DNA of 23,003 nucleotides. Source: Paramoeba atlantica (taxonomy: Eukaryota; Protista; Discosea). The position numbers were made by a program, and so were the translations under genes. Shown here piece after piece: positions 12,291 to 20,031 of this stretch. The notes under the pieces are model-generated. The model ran no database searches. It was not told the origin of the DNA and saw only the letters and a list, made by a program, of their open reading frames with translations. Position 1 is the first letter of the stretch; every line of letters begins with the position of its first letter. The DNA is taken from the NCBI GenBank assembly GCA_977017575.1, contig CDRNVI010000119.1, positions 1-23,003 on the forward strand, written 5' to 3'.

Positions 12291-12363
12291 TATGGAATGG
12301 TGTAATAGGTTAGCACATCGAGTTGTGATTTCGATAGTATGAGTTCAAGTCTCATTTCTTACC
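12291..12363 (+). tRNA. trnH(gug): tRNA-His(GTG), acceptor mismatches at positions 1-3
   Basis: Anticodon arm TCGAG-TTGTGAT-TTCGA, acceptor TATGGAA/TTCTTAC, C discriminator. Confidence 0.9.
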
Positions 12364-12429
12364 TAAATTAAGAATAATAAAATTAATAAAATATATATTT
12401 TATTAAAATTTTTTTATTAATTTGTAAAG

Positions 12430-12503
12430 ATAGATGTGATGGAATTGGTAGACATATTAGTTTTAGGCACTAAATTTTAGGGGTTCGAGTCCCCTCATCT
12501 GTA
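12430..12503 (+). tRNA. trnL(uag): tRNA-Leu(TAG), short variable loop
   Basis: Acceptor ATAGATG/CATCTGT paired, anticodon arm TTAGT-TTTAGGC-ACTAA, T arm AGGGG-TTCGAGT-CCCCT. Confidence 0.92.
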
Positions 12504-12537
12504 TTGTATGTATAAAAAAAGAAAAAATATTTTTTAT

Positions 12538-12608
12538 AAGGATGTAGTTTAAAGGTAAAATATCTATTTTGGGTGTAGACGTTATAGGTTCAAATCCTAT
12601 CGTCCTGA
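12538..12608 (+). tRNA. trnP(ugg): tRNA-Pro(TGG), acceptor mismatch at position 1
   Basis: Anticodon arm TCTAT-TTTGGGT-GTAGA, acceptor AAGGATG/CGTCCTG (A1:G72; the usual Pro pair is C1:G72). Confidence 0.92.
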
Positions 12609-12621
12609 TAATTATAATAAC

Positions 12622-12695
12622 AAGGAGGTAGCTTAATAGGCTAAAGCTTTAACCTGTCGAGTTAAAAGATGAGGGTTCGAATCCCTTCCTCCGCA
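12622..12695 (+). tRNA. trnD(guc): tRNA-Asp(GTC), acceptor mismatches at positions 1 and 2
   Basis: Anticodon arm TTAAC-CTGTCGA-GTTAA, acceptor AAGGAGG/CCTCCGC. Confidence 0.92.
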
Positions 12696-12711
12696 TAAAA
12701 TATAATAAAAT

Positions 12712-12931
12712 ATGTTTATTTTATTACTATATAATCAAGATGTTTTGTATATAAAATATAAAATATTATCTATTATATCTATTATATCAATTTATGATAA
12801 ATGTACATTTACCATATGAAATAACAGTCATAAAACATACATATTTTACTTAAAATTTTTTTAAAAAGAGAAAAAATTATAAAATAAATAATTATAATAA
12901 TTTAAAAGATTTTATTTTTTTAATAAAATAA
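12712..12931 (+). CDS. Small ORF inside the tRNA cluster; possible degenerate ribosomal protein S19
   Basis: As read, ATG 12712 to TAA 12864 gives 50 aa. Removing one T at 12856-12862 extends it to 72 aa ending at 12931. KILSIISIISIYDKCTFTIWNN...NYKINNY loosely follows the uS19 pattern KIWSR.S.I.P.F.G.TF.VYNG...GHKFGEF. Confidence 0.35.
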
Positions 12932-12995
12932 AAAATTAGTAAATTAATATGATTATTTATTTTAGATATATCTTACTTTAATAATATATGATTTA

Positions 12996-13067
12996 TTTTT
13001 CTTCGTCTAATGGTTAGGACATTGCTCTTTCACAGCAGAAATAAGGGTTCAAATCCCTTAGAAATGA
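12996..13067 (+). tRNA. trnE(uuc): tRNA-Glu(TTC), acceptor mismatch at position 2
   Basis: D stem GTCT/GGAC, anticodon arm TTGCT-CTTTCAC-AGCAG, acceptor TTTTTCT/AGAAATG. Confidence 0.9.
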
Positions 13068-13168
13068 AATTATTTTATCCGTATTAATTTAATTTAATAA
13101 AATTTTTTTGTAAATTTTTGAAATCTATTATACACTGATTTAAGTATATTATTTGTCACATATAATAA

Positions 13169-13220
13169 GGGGGGTTTGGGGGGTTTGTATAAGAGATAAT
13201 ATTTTATTTTCATATACAAA
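13169..13220 (+). other. G6-T3-G6 tract followed by a hairpin in a non-coding spacer
   Basis: GGGGGG-TTT-GGGGGG at 13169-13183, then TTTGTATA (13184-13191) pairing with TATACAAA (13213-13220). The sequence is seen directly; its function is unknown. Confidence 0.6.
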
Positions 13221-13241
13221 AATTTTTATTAATTATTTTTT

Positions 13242-13324
13242 AATGGTGTGATGGAATTGGTAAACATGATAGACTTAAAATCTATTGCCTTTTAGGCTTG
13301 AGGGTTCGAGTCCCTCCTCCAATA
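13242..13324 (+). tRNA. trnL(uaa): tRNA-Leu(TAA), long variable arm, acceptor mismatches at positions 2 and 6
   Basis: Anticodon arm ATAGA-CTTAAAA-TCTAT, variable arm GCCT-TTT-AGGC, acceptor AATGGTG/CTCCAAT. Confidence 0.92.
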
Positions 13325-13342
13325 ACGATGAGTTAATTATTT

Positions 13343-13415
13343 TTTAAGATGGAGTAATAGGTTAACTCAGTGGTCTCATGAGCCACAGATGTAGGTTCGA
13401 GTCCTACTCTTCTTA
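13343..13415 (+). tRNA. trnM(cau): tRNA-Met(CAT), probable initiator, acceptor mismatches at positions 1-3
   Basis: D stem GAGT/ACTC gives the A11:U24 initiator signature. Anticodon arm GTGGT-CTCATGA-GCCAC, acceptor TTTAAGA/TCTTCTT. Confidence 0.88.
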
Positions 13416-13514
13416 TATAATTACGTAAATATTATTATGGATTACATTTGAATATGTAATCAATTTTGAATTTTTATTAATTAGTAAAATATATGTATAA
13501 AAATATTTTCGAAA

Positions 13515-13754
13515 ATGGCAGGACAAGAAATTATGTTAATTTTTGCAAAAAAAGTAGGTGCTGGTTTAGCTACTATAGGTTTAGCAGGTGCTGGAGTAGG
13601 TATAGGAATAGTTTTTGGAGCTTTTTTAATTGCTTATTCACGTAATACTACAATTAAAAACGATTTATTTGGTTATACTTTATTAGGTTTCGCATTAACA
13701 GAAGCAATTGCTCTGTTTGCCCTAATGATGGCTTTCTTAATCTTATATACTTAA
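13515..13754 (+). CDS. atp9: ATP synthase F0 subunit c (subunit 9), 79 aa
   Basis: [21 protein letters not shown] glycine zipper and [21 protein letters not shown] with the proton-carrying Glu. Confidence 0.98.
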   Translation: MAGQEIMLIFAKKVGAGLATIGLAGAGVGIGIVFGAFLIAYSRNTTIKNDLFGYTLLGFALTEAIALFALMMAFLILYT

Positions 13755-13781
13755 TCAACCTATTTTTGTTGTTTTGTATTT

Positions 13782-13855
13782 AATTGGTTAGTTTAATTGG
13801 TTAAAATTATGATCTTCTAAATCATTAGATATAGGTTCGAGTCCTATACCAATTA
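13782..13855 (+). tRNA. trnR(ucu): tRNA-Arg(TCT)
   Basis: Acceptor AATTGGT/ACCAATT fully paired, anticodon arm ATGAT-CTTCTAA-ATCAT. Confidence 0.93.
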
Positions 13856-13863
13856 TAATTTTT

Positions 13864-13944
13864 TATAGTGTGGCTGAGCGGTAAAGCGGTAGACTGTAAA
13901 TCTATTGTATTTATACATCGTAGGTTCGAATCCTACCACTTCCA
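13864..13944 (+). tRNA. trnY(gua): tRNA-Tyr(GTA), acceptor mismatches at positions 1-3
   Basis: Anticodon arm GTAGA-CTGTAAA-TCTAT, variable arm TGTAT-TT-ATACA, acceptor TATAGTG/CACTTCC. Confidence 0.93.
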
Positions 13945-14000
13945 TTTGATTAAAATATATAATAATGTTGAATAATTTTTAAACAAATCATTTTAAAATT

Positions 14001-15001
14001 TTTTTATAAATTTAAAATAGTATTAAACGGATATCTTGCCAATAATAAGTTTATAGACGTTTTAAAACGTAATGTGAAAGTAAAATAATAATAATTTTTC
14101 AATATTCACGTATCTAAAGGGAAAACCCAATTAAATTAAATAATTAAAGAATATCTAATGAATTGAATCATCTTAGTAATTAGTTAAAAAAAATAAAAAT
14201 GATATTATTAGTAGTGGCGAGCGAAAATAAAATAGCTAAATTAAACAATAATATAAATAAAAAATATAATAATTTGGAATAATTAACAAAATAAGTAATA
14301 GTCTTGTTATTTTTTATTATTATTATTGGTTTTGAGTAAAATAAAAACTAAATTTGTTTGAAGATTAGAGTACCATCTCTAAAGGCTAAAGAATTATTAT
14401 TGAGCGATAGTGAAAAAGTACTGTGAAGGAAAGATGAAAAGAAATTTTTTAAAAATGTTGAAATAGATTTTGAAATTTAATACTAAATAGCACTTTAAGC
14501 ATAAATAATTATATGTTAAAAGGTACCTTTTGCATAATGGGTCAGTGAGTTAATTATTGTAGCAAAATAAAAAATTATTAAATTTTTTAATTGTAATTAA
14601 TATATTTATAGTTATAATAATTAGACCCGAAACCAAGTGATCTAGTCATGGGCAGATTGAAGTTAATTAAATATTAATGGAGGATCGAACCCGTTTATGT
14701 TGCAATATATTGGGATGACCTATGATTAGGGGTGAAAGGCTAATCAAACTTGGAGATAGCTGGTTTTCTACGAAATCTATTTAAGTAGAGATGAAATTTA
14801 AATTTATATAAGGTAGAGCTACCATATTGGGTTGTTGAATCCATATGAACTTCAAATAAATATAAAGTAAAAATTTTAATTTCGATATATGGCGAAAAGG
14901 TTGTATATCAAGAGGGAAAGAGCCCAGATTATAAATTAAGGTTTCTAAATTAATATTAAGTTAAAAAGTATATTATAATATTAACAATGAATAGGAGGTA
15001 G

Positions 15002-15035
<34 letters not shown>

Positions 15036-16785
15036 CAGCTCACTATTGATAGATATTTATATACAAAAATATAACGAAAATAAATATTATACCGAAATTA
15101 TAAAATATTATTTAAAATAATAATATTGGTAGTAGAACGTTTTATAAAAGAAAAAAAAAATTGTTAAATTATAAAATTAAAATTGAATATACTGGCATAA
15201 GTAGCAAAAATAATGTTATAAACATTATCATCTAAAAATCTAAGGTTTCTAATGTCAAGATAAACTGCATTAGGTTAATCGGTCCCTAAAATGAATATGA
15301 TAGTAATAATTGAAGGGTAGTTAAAGAGTTATAAGGATAACATAATATTTTTAACGTTATTAGTAGATGACAGTTTATTTTTTAAATATTTTAGGATCAA
15401 ATTTTAATAAATATAGTAAAACATTGTGTGATATATTCGAATATATTGATTGAAATATTTAAAAAATAAATTCAAGAAAGAATACTAATATATAAAACCG
15501 TACTAAATCCTACACAGGAGGATTAGTAGAGAATACTAAGATGAATAATTGAATAATATCGAAGGAACTCGGCAAATTAACTCTGTAACTTCGGGAGAAA
15601 GAGTATTTTTATATATACATTATATGTATATAAAAATGTAACAGAATAGAGGATGGCGACTGTTTAACAAAAACACAGGACTTTGCAAAATTAATTAATG
15701 ATGTATAAGGTCTGACACCTGCCCGGTGCTATAAAGGTAATTGTTATTGTTAATATATTATTTAATGTATTAGCTTTATATAGAATGAATAGTAAACGGC
15801 AGCTGTAAATATAACGGTTCGAAGGTAGCGAAATTCCTTGTCGAGTAAGTTTCGACCTTGCATGAATGGTGTAACGACTATCCTACTGTCTCCGGTATTA
15901 TATTAGCGAAATTGAATTCTCTGTGCAGATGCAGCGTATTAATAGCTAGACGGAAAGACCCTATGCACCTTTACTGCAGTTATATTTTGTTATTAAAAAT
16001 TAAATTTATAGGATACAAACTAATCGTTTTAAAATTTTAATATTAGTTAATTGTTTAGATAATCTTGGAATAGTTTGAATTTAATTTTTAAAACTTAATA
16101 ATTTTTTATTGACAGAATATATTTGGTAGTTTCTCTGGGGCGGAGACCTCATAAAATGTAACTGAGGTGTACAAAGGTAATTAAAATTTTATTAGAAAAT
16201 TTTGGCGTGTAATGGCTAAAAATTACTTAACTGTGAGATTTACAAATCAAACAGAGATCTTTTTTATTAAAAAGGTCGGTCATAGTGATCCAATATAATT
16301 GAATGGAAAATATATTGCTCAACGGATAAAAGGTACGCTAGGGATAACAGGCTTATGACTCCGGAGAGAAGATATCGACGGGGTTGTTTGGCACCTCGAT
16401 GTCGATTGGTCACATCCTGGTTAAGAAAAATGTTCCAAGGGTAAGGCTGTTCGCCTTTTAAAGTGGCACCTGAATTGGGTTCAGAACGTCGTGAGACAGT
16501 TCGGTTCCTATCTACTATTAATTAATTAAAATTGAAGGAATCTTATCTTAGTACGAAAGGACTGGAGAAGGAATATCACTGGTAAATCGGTTGTAATTAT
16601 AATTGCATAGTCGAGTAGCTAAATATTAATAATATAATTATTGAATTCAATCAGATATAAGAAGATTATCCTAAAATATTTTAAAAGTATTGATTGTAAA
16701 AGATTATTACGAAATTAAGTTATGTGTGTAAGTCCTGTGAAGGATTGAGCTAAATAATTTTAAGAATCAATCTAATTTATAAAAA
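14001..16785 (+). rRNA. rnl: Mitochondrial large subunit (23S-like) rRNA, no intron seen
   Basis: Conserved blocks GACCCGAAACCAAGTGATCTA, GAAGGTAGCGAAATTCCTTGTC, GACGGAAAGACCC, GGATAACAGGC, GGCACCTCGATGTC, AGTACGAAAGGAC. Ends inferred from a perfect 12-bp terminal helix, 14001-14012 with 16774-16785. Confidence 0.97.
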
Positions 16786-16830
16786 GAAAAAAGAAAAAAG
16801 AAAAAAAATTTCTATATAAGAAAAAATAAA

Positions 16831-16891
16831 ATATATAATATTTTGAAAATATTATATGTAATAAAACAACAAACTTTAAATTAAAGTTTGT
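16831..16891. other. Two AT-rich hairpins in the rnl-trnN spacer
   Basis: 16831-16842 pairs with 16848-16859 (one G:U). ACAAACTTTA (16869-16878) pairs perfectly with TAAAGTTTGT (16882-16891). Confidence 0.45.
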
Positions 16892-16905
16892 AATTTGTAA
16901 AACAA

Positions 16906-16978
16906 TACTTGGTAGTTTCAATGGTAAAATAATTGGCTGTTAACCAATCAGATGTAGGTTCGAATCCTGCCCAGGTCG
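16906..16978 (+). tRNA. trnN(guu): tRNA-Asn(GTT), acceptor mismatch at position 1
   Basis: Anticodon arm ATTGG-CTGTTAA-CCAAT, acceptor TACTTGG/CCAGGTC. Confidence 0.92.
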
Positions 16979-16992
16979 TTGTATAAAAATAA

Positions 16993-17081
16993 GTTTATGT
17001 GGCTGAGTGGTTTAAAGTAATCCTCTTGAAAAGGATCGTATAATTTTAATTATACCGTGGGTTCGAATCCCACCATAATCT
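16993..17081 (+). tRNA. trnS(uga): tRNA-Ser(TGA), long variable arm, acceptor mismatch at position 2
   Basis: Anticodon arm ATCCT-CTTGAAA-AGGAT, variable arm GTATAATT...AATTATAC, acceptor GTTTATG/CATAATC. Confidence 0.92.
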
Positions 17082-17143
17082 TAATATAAAAAAAAAGGAA
17101 AAAATTTATGTAAATTATATAATATATAATATATTATATATAA

Positions 17144-18678
17144 ATACTTGTATGTTTTATTCTGGCTTTGAGTAAATGCTAGTAGTTCGCTTAACACATG
17201 CTAGTCAATTAAAATTTAAAATTTAAAATTAATGGCGTAAGGGTGAGTAATATATAAAAACGGGACTTATAATTATGTTTATATTATAAACTGGTTTATA
17301 AAGATTTAGGTAGTTGGAGGTGTAATAGACTAACAAGCCGATAATTCTTAGTTGATCTTAGAAGGAGGTACAACCACATTGGGAATGAGAAAAGGCCCAA
17401 GTTCCATTAGGAGGCAGCAGTGAGGAATATTGAACAATGAGCGAAAGCTTGATTCAGCGAAACTACCTGAATTATGACAATTTATTGAAAAATTCTTGTT
17501 TAAGTGAGCATAATGAGGTTAAACTTAAGAATAAGCATCGACTAACTTCGTGCCAGCAGTCGCGGTGATACGGAGGATGCGGGTGTTACTCAGCATTACT
17601 GGGCGTAAAGCGTATGATAAGTGGTTTATTTTTTAATAATATAATTTTAAAGGCGTTATTAGTAATAATGAATAAATTATATATTAGTAAACTAAGAGTA
17701 TTATTCAGATATATAGTATTCATAGAGGAAAGGTGAAATTTTATGATACTATGGAGACTATCAGAAGGTGAAAGCTATATATTAGATTTATACTGACACT
17801 AAAGTACGAAGGTATGGGTATCAAAGAGGATTAGAGACCCTTGTAGTCCATACAGACAACGATGGATGCTAACTGTAGGAAATATTTTTGTGGTTTAGCT
17901 AACGCGTAAGCATCCCGCCTGGGGAGTATGATCGCAAGATTTGAACTCAAAGAAAGTGGCTGAGATTTGGTACGAACGGTGGAACATGTGGTTTAATCTG
18001 ATATAACGCATAAAATCTTACCAATTCTAGATTGAAAAAAATTATAATAAATATAGTAAACTTTATATAATTTTTTTAAGCAGGTGTCGCATGGCTGTCG
18101 TCAGCTCGTGTAGTGATATGTATGGTTAGGTCCTGTAACGAGTGTAATCCTTACAATATAATAAAATATATGATATATTATTATATTATTATATGTTATA
18201 TTATTATATGTTATATTATTATATTTTATTATATTGTATTATTAATTATATATTAAATGAAATAGAGGAGGACGTCAAGTAGGTATGGCCCTGATGAATT
18301 GGGCTACACACGTGTTACAAAAATAATTACAAAAAAAAAATAAATTGTGAAATTTATTTAAATTATAAAGATTATTATAGTTCGGATTATTTTTTGAAAA
18401 TAAAAATATGAAGTTGAAATCGTCAGTAATCGAAAATTAGAATGTTTCGGTGAAATGGGATCCAAATCTAGTACACACTGCCCGTCACGCCAAGAAAGTT
18501 GTTAATATTGGAAAAATTATAATTAATAATTTATATTTATTAATTATTTTTAATCTATTGGAGATAATTAATTTTTAATAAAATATTATTAATTATTTAA
18601 TTTGAATGTATTGATAGTAATCAGGGTGAAGTCGTAACATGGTAGTGGTAGGGGAACCTGCCGCTGGATGGAAAATAA
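17144..18678 (+). rRNA. rns: Mitochondrial small subunit (16S-like) rRNA; ends approximate
   Basis: TTAACACATGC, GGAGGCAGCAGTGAGGAATATTG, GTGCCAGCAGTCGCGGTGATAC, GGATTAGAGACCC, GCATGGCTGTCGTCAGCTCGTG, GAAGTCGTAACATGGTA, h45 GTAGGGGAACCTGC. No CCTCC anti-Shine-Dalgarno at the 3' end. Confidence 0.97.
18181..18225 (+). repeat. Three tandem copies of a 15-nt unit inside rns
   Basis: TTATATTATTATATG at 18181 and 18196, TTATATTATTATATT at 18211, with degenerate copies on either side. Confidence 0.75.
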
Positions 18679-18789
18679 ATTTATATTTTTTTAAAGGTAA
18701 GCTTATCGAACCCCTTTAAAATATTATATATTAAATTATATTCTCGTAAAAATTTTTTATAAGAGTGTATAATTTATATTAATACAAAT
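18679..18789 (+). ncRNA. Candidate divergent mitochondrial 5S rRNA
   Basis: About 111 nt between rns and trnS(gcu). Terminal helix 18679-18687 with 18781-18789 (one mismatch), a hairpin TTTAAAGG/CCTTTAAA whose loop contains CGAAC (5S loop C motif), then a long second hairpin at about 18731-18775. Confidence 0.45.
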
Positions 18790-18798
18790 CATATTTTA

Positions 18799-18887
18799 GG
18801 TGAGTTGACCGAGTGGTTGAAGGTGTCGATCTGCTAAATCGATATATTATTCATATAATATCATGGGTTCGAATCCCATACTTACCT
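18799..18887 (+). tRNA. trnS(gcu): tRNA-Ser(GCT), long variable arm
   Basis: Acceptor GGTGAGT/ACTTACC paired, anticodon arm TCGAT-CTGCTAA-ATCGA. Confidence 0.93.
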
Positions 18888-18920
18888 TATAAAAAAATAA
18901 TTTGTAATTAAAAAAAGTTT

Positions 18921-18993
18921 TTGGGGGTAGCTCAGTAGGTAGAGCGAAAGCCTGAAAAGCTTTAGGTCATTGGTTCAAACCCAATTCTCCACA
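18921..18993 (+). tRNA. trnF(gaa): tRNA-Phe(GAA), acceptor mismatch at position 1
   Basis: D stem GCTC/GAGC, anticodon arm AAAGC-CTGAAAA-GCTTT, acceptor TTGGGGG/TCTCCAC. Confidence 0.93.
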
Positions 18994-19110
18994 TAAAACT
19001 TATATTAAATTTAATTATATATGGAATCATTAAAAAGAAAAAGAAAGAAAATTAAAAAAATAGAAAAAGTTTAAAAAAATAGAAAAATTAAGGAAAGAAA
19101 TAATACAAAT

Positions 19111-19692
19111 ATGTTTGAAAAAAAAGAAAGTTTAATAAAAAATAGAAAAATTAAATTAATAAAAATTAATAGATTTAAATTACCTTCAGTTACTTGATTA
19201 TATAAAAAAAGGTTTAATATAAAATTAAAAAGCAAGTATATATATGCAGCAAAATTATCTTTTTTTAAAAAAAGATATTTATTTATTAATATACTAAAAA
19301 ATTTTTTAAAGGGTTCAAAATTAGATTGGTTATCTTTGAAATTTTGTACTATTAATTTAATATTAAAATTTAGAAAAAATACTTATTTAAATTTTTCGCA
19401 TATTAATGGTAATGTAATAAAAAATTTTTCATGTGGTTTTTATTATAAAAAATCATTAAAAAAAACATATTTTGCTTTAAATTCATTAATTGTAGCTTCA
19501 AAAATTGATTTTAAATATTTATATATGAAAAAATGATTCATATTAAATATAATTTATAAATATTATACTCGTAAAATTTTGAGAAATTTAAAAGAATTAT
19601 TTGAGACTACACCTTATAATTTAAAATTTATTAATTTTATAAAATCAAAAGCTCATAATGGTATAAGAAAGAAAAAGAGAAGAAGAAAATAA
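19111..19692 (+). CDS. rps11: Mitochondrial ribosomal protein S11 with a Lys/Arg-rich N-terminal extension, 193 aa (start may be 19021)
   Basis: RKNTYLNFSHINGNVIKNFSCGF and C-terminal KAHNGIRKKKRRRK* match uS11 (NNT..T.TD..GN...W.S.G; PHNGCRP.K.RR). TGA=Trp. Confidence 0.8.
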
Positions 19693-19695
19693 TAA

Positions 19696-20019
19696 ATGAA
19701 AAAGAAAAAAATTATAAATTATTTAGATAATTCTTTTTTAAGTTTATTATCTATAGAATATAAAAAAAAATTAAATAATAATATATCTATTGAATTAAAG
19801 TATTTTTATTGATTATATAAGAATGTATATATACGTAATATTAAAGGATTAATTATAAATTTTAATAAAAAACAATATTTAAATATGGAAAGTTTTTTAT
19901 TATATTATAGGTATAAAAATATACGATTAAATCAATTATATTTTGTTACTTCACCTTTTAATCTATTTTTAAAATATAAAATTAGTAATATTAAAAAATA
20001 TAAATTATATATATTATAA
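19696..20019 (+). CDS. Unassigned 107-aa ORF, weakly reminiscent of ribosomal protein S8
   Basis: Clean ATG to TAA frame with one TGA, filling the gap between rps11 and nad9. ISIELKYFY, YIRNIK..KKQY and LYFVTSPFNLF loosely echo uS8 motifs (I.LKY; I..ISKP..R.Y; I.ILSTSKG). Confidence 0.5.
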
Positions 20020-20031
20020 ATAAAAAAAAAT

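Noticed and set aside
13120-13170. Degenerate tRNA or RNase P RNA in the trnE-trnL spacer
   Set aside because: Only weak AT-rich stems; no T arm and no P4 consensus found.
13440-13461. 8-bp hairpin upstream of atp9 (GATTACAT/ATGTAATC) as a regulatory element
   Set aside because: Real inverted repeat but short, and likely by chance in AT-rich DNA; no independent support.
11766-13944. CRISPR-like array (recurring GGTTCGAGTCC motif at regular spacing)
   Set aside because: The recurring motif is the T loop of consecutive tRNAs; no cas genes or true direct repeats.
15858-16040. Track ORF of 60 aa / possible intron-encoded protein in rnl
   Set aside because: Lies on conserved LSU rRNA sequence; rRNA blocks are collinear with no room for an intron and there is no homing endonuclease motif.
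14001-18993. Bacterial rRNA operon or reduced endosymbiont genome
   Set aside because: Order is LSU then SSU, there is no anti-SD, tRNAs lack encoded CCA and have 5' mismatches, and the neighbouring gene set is typically mitochondrial.
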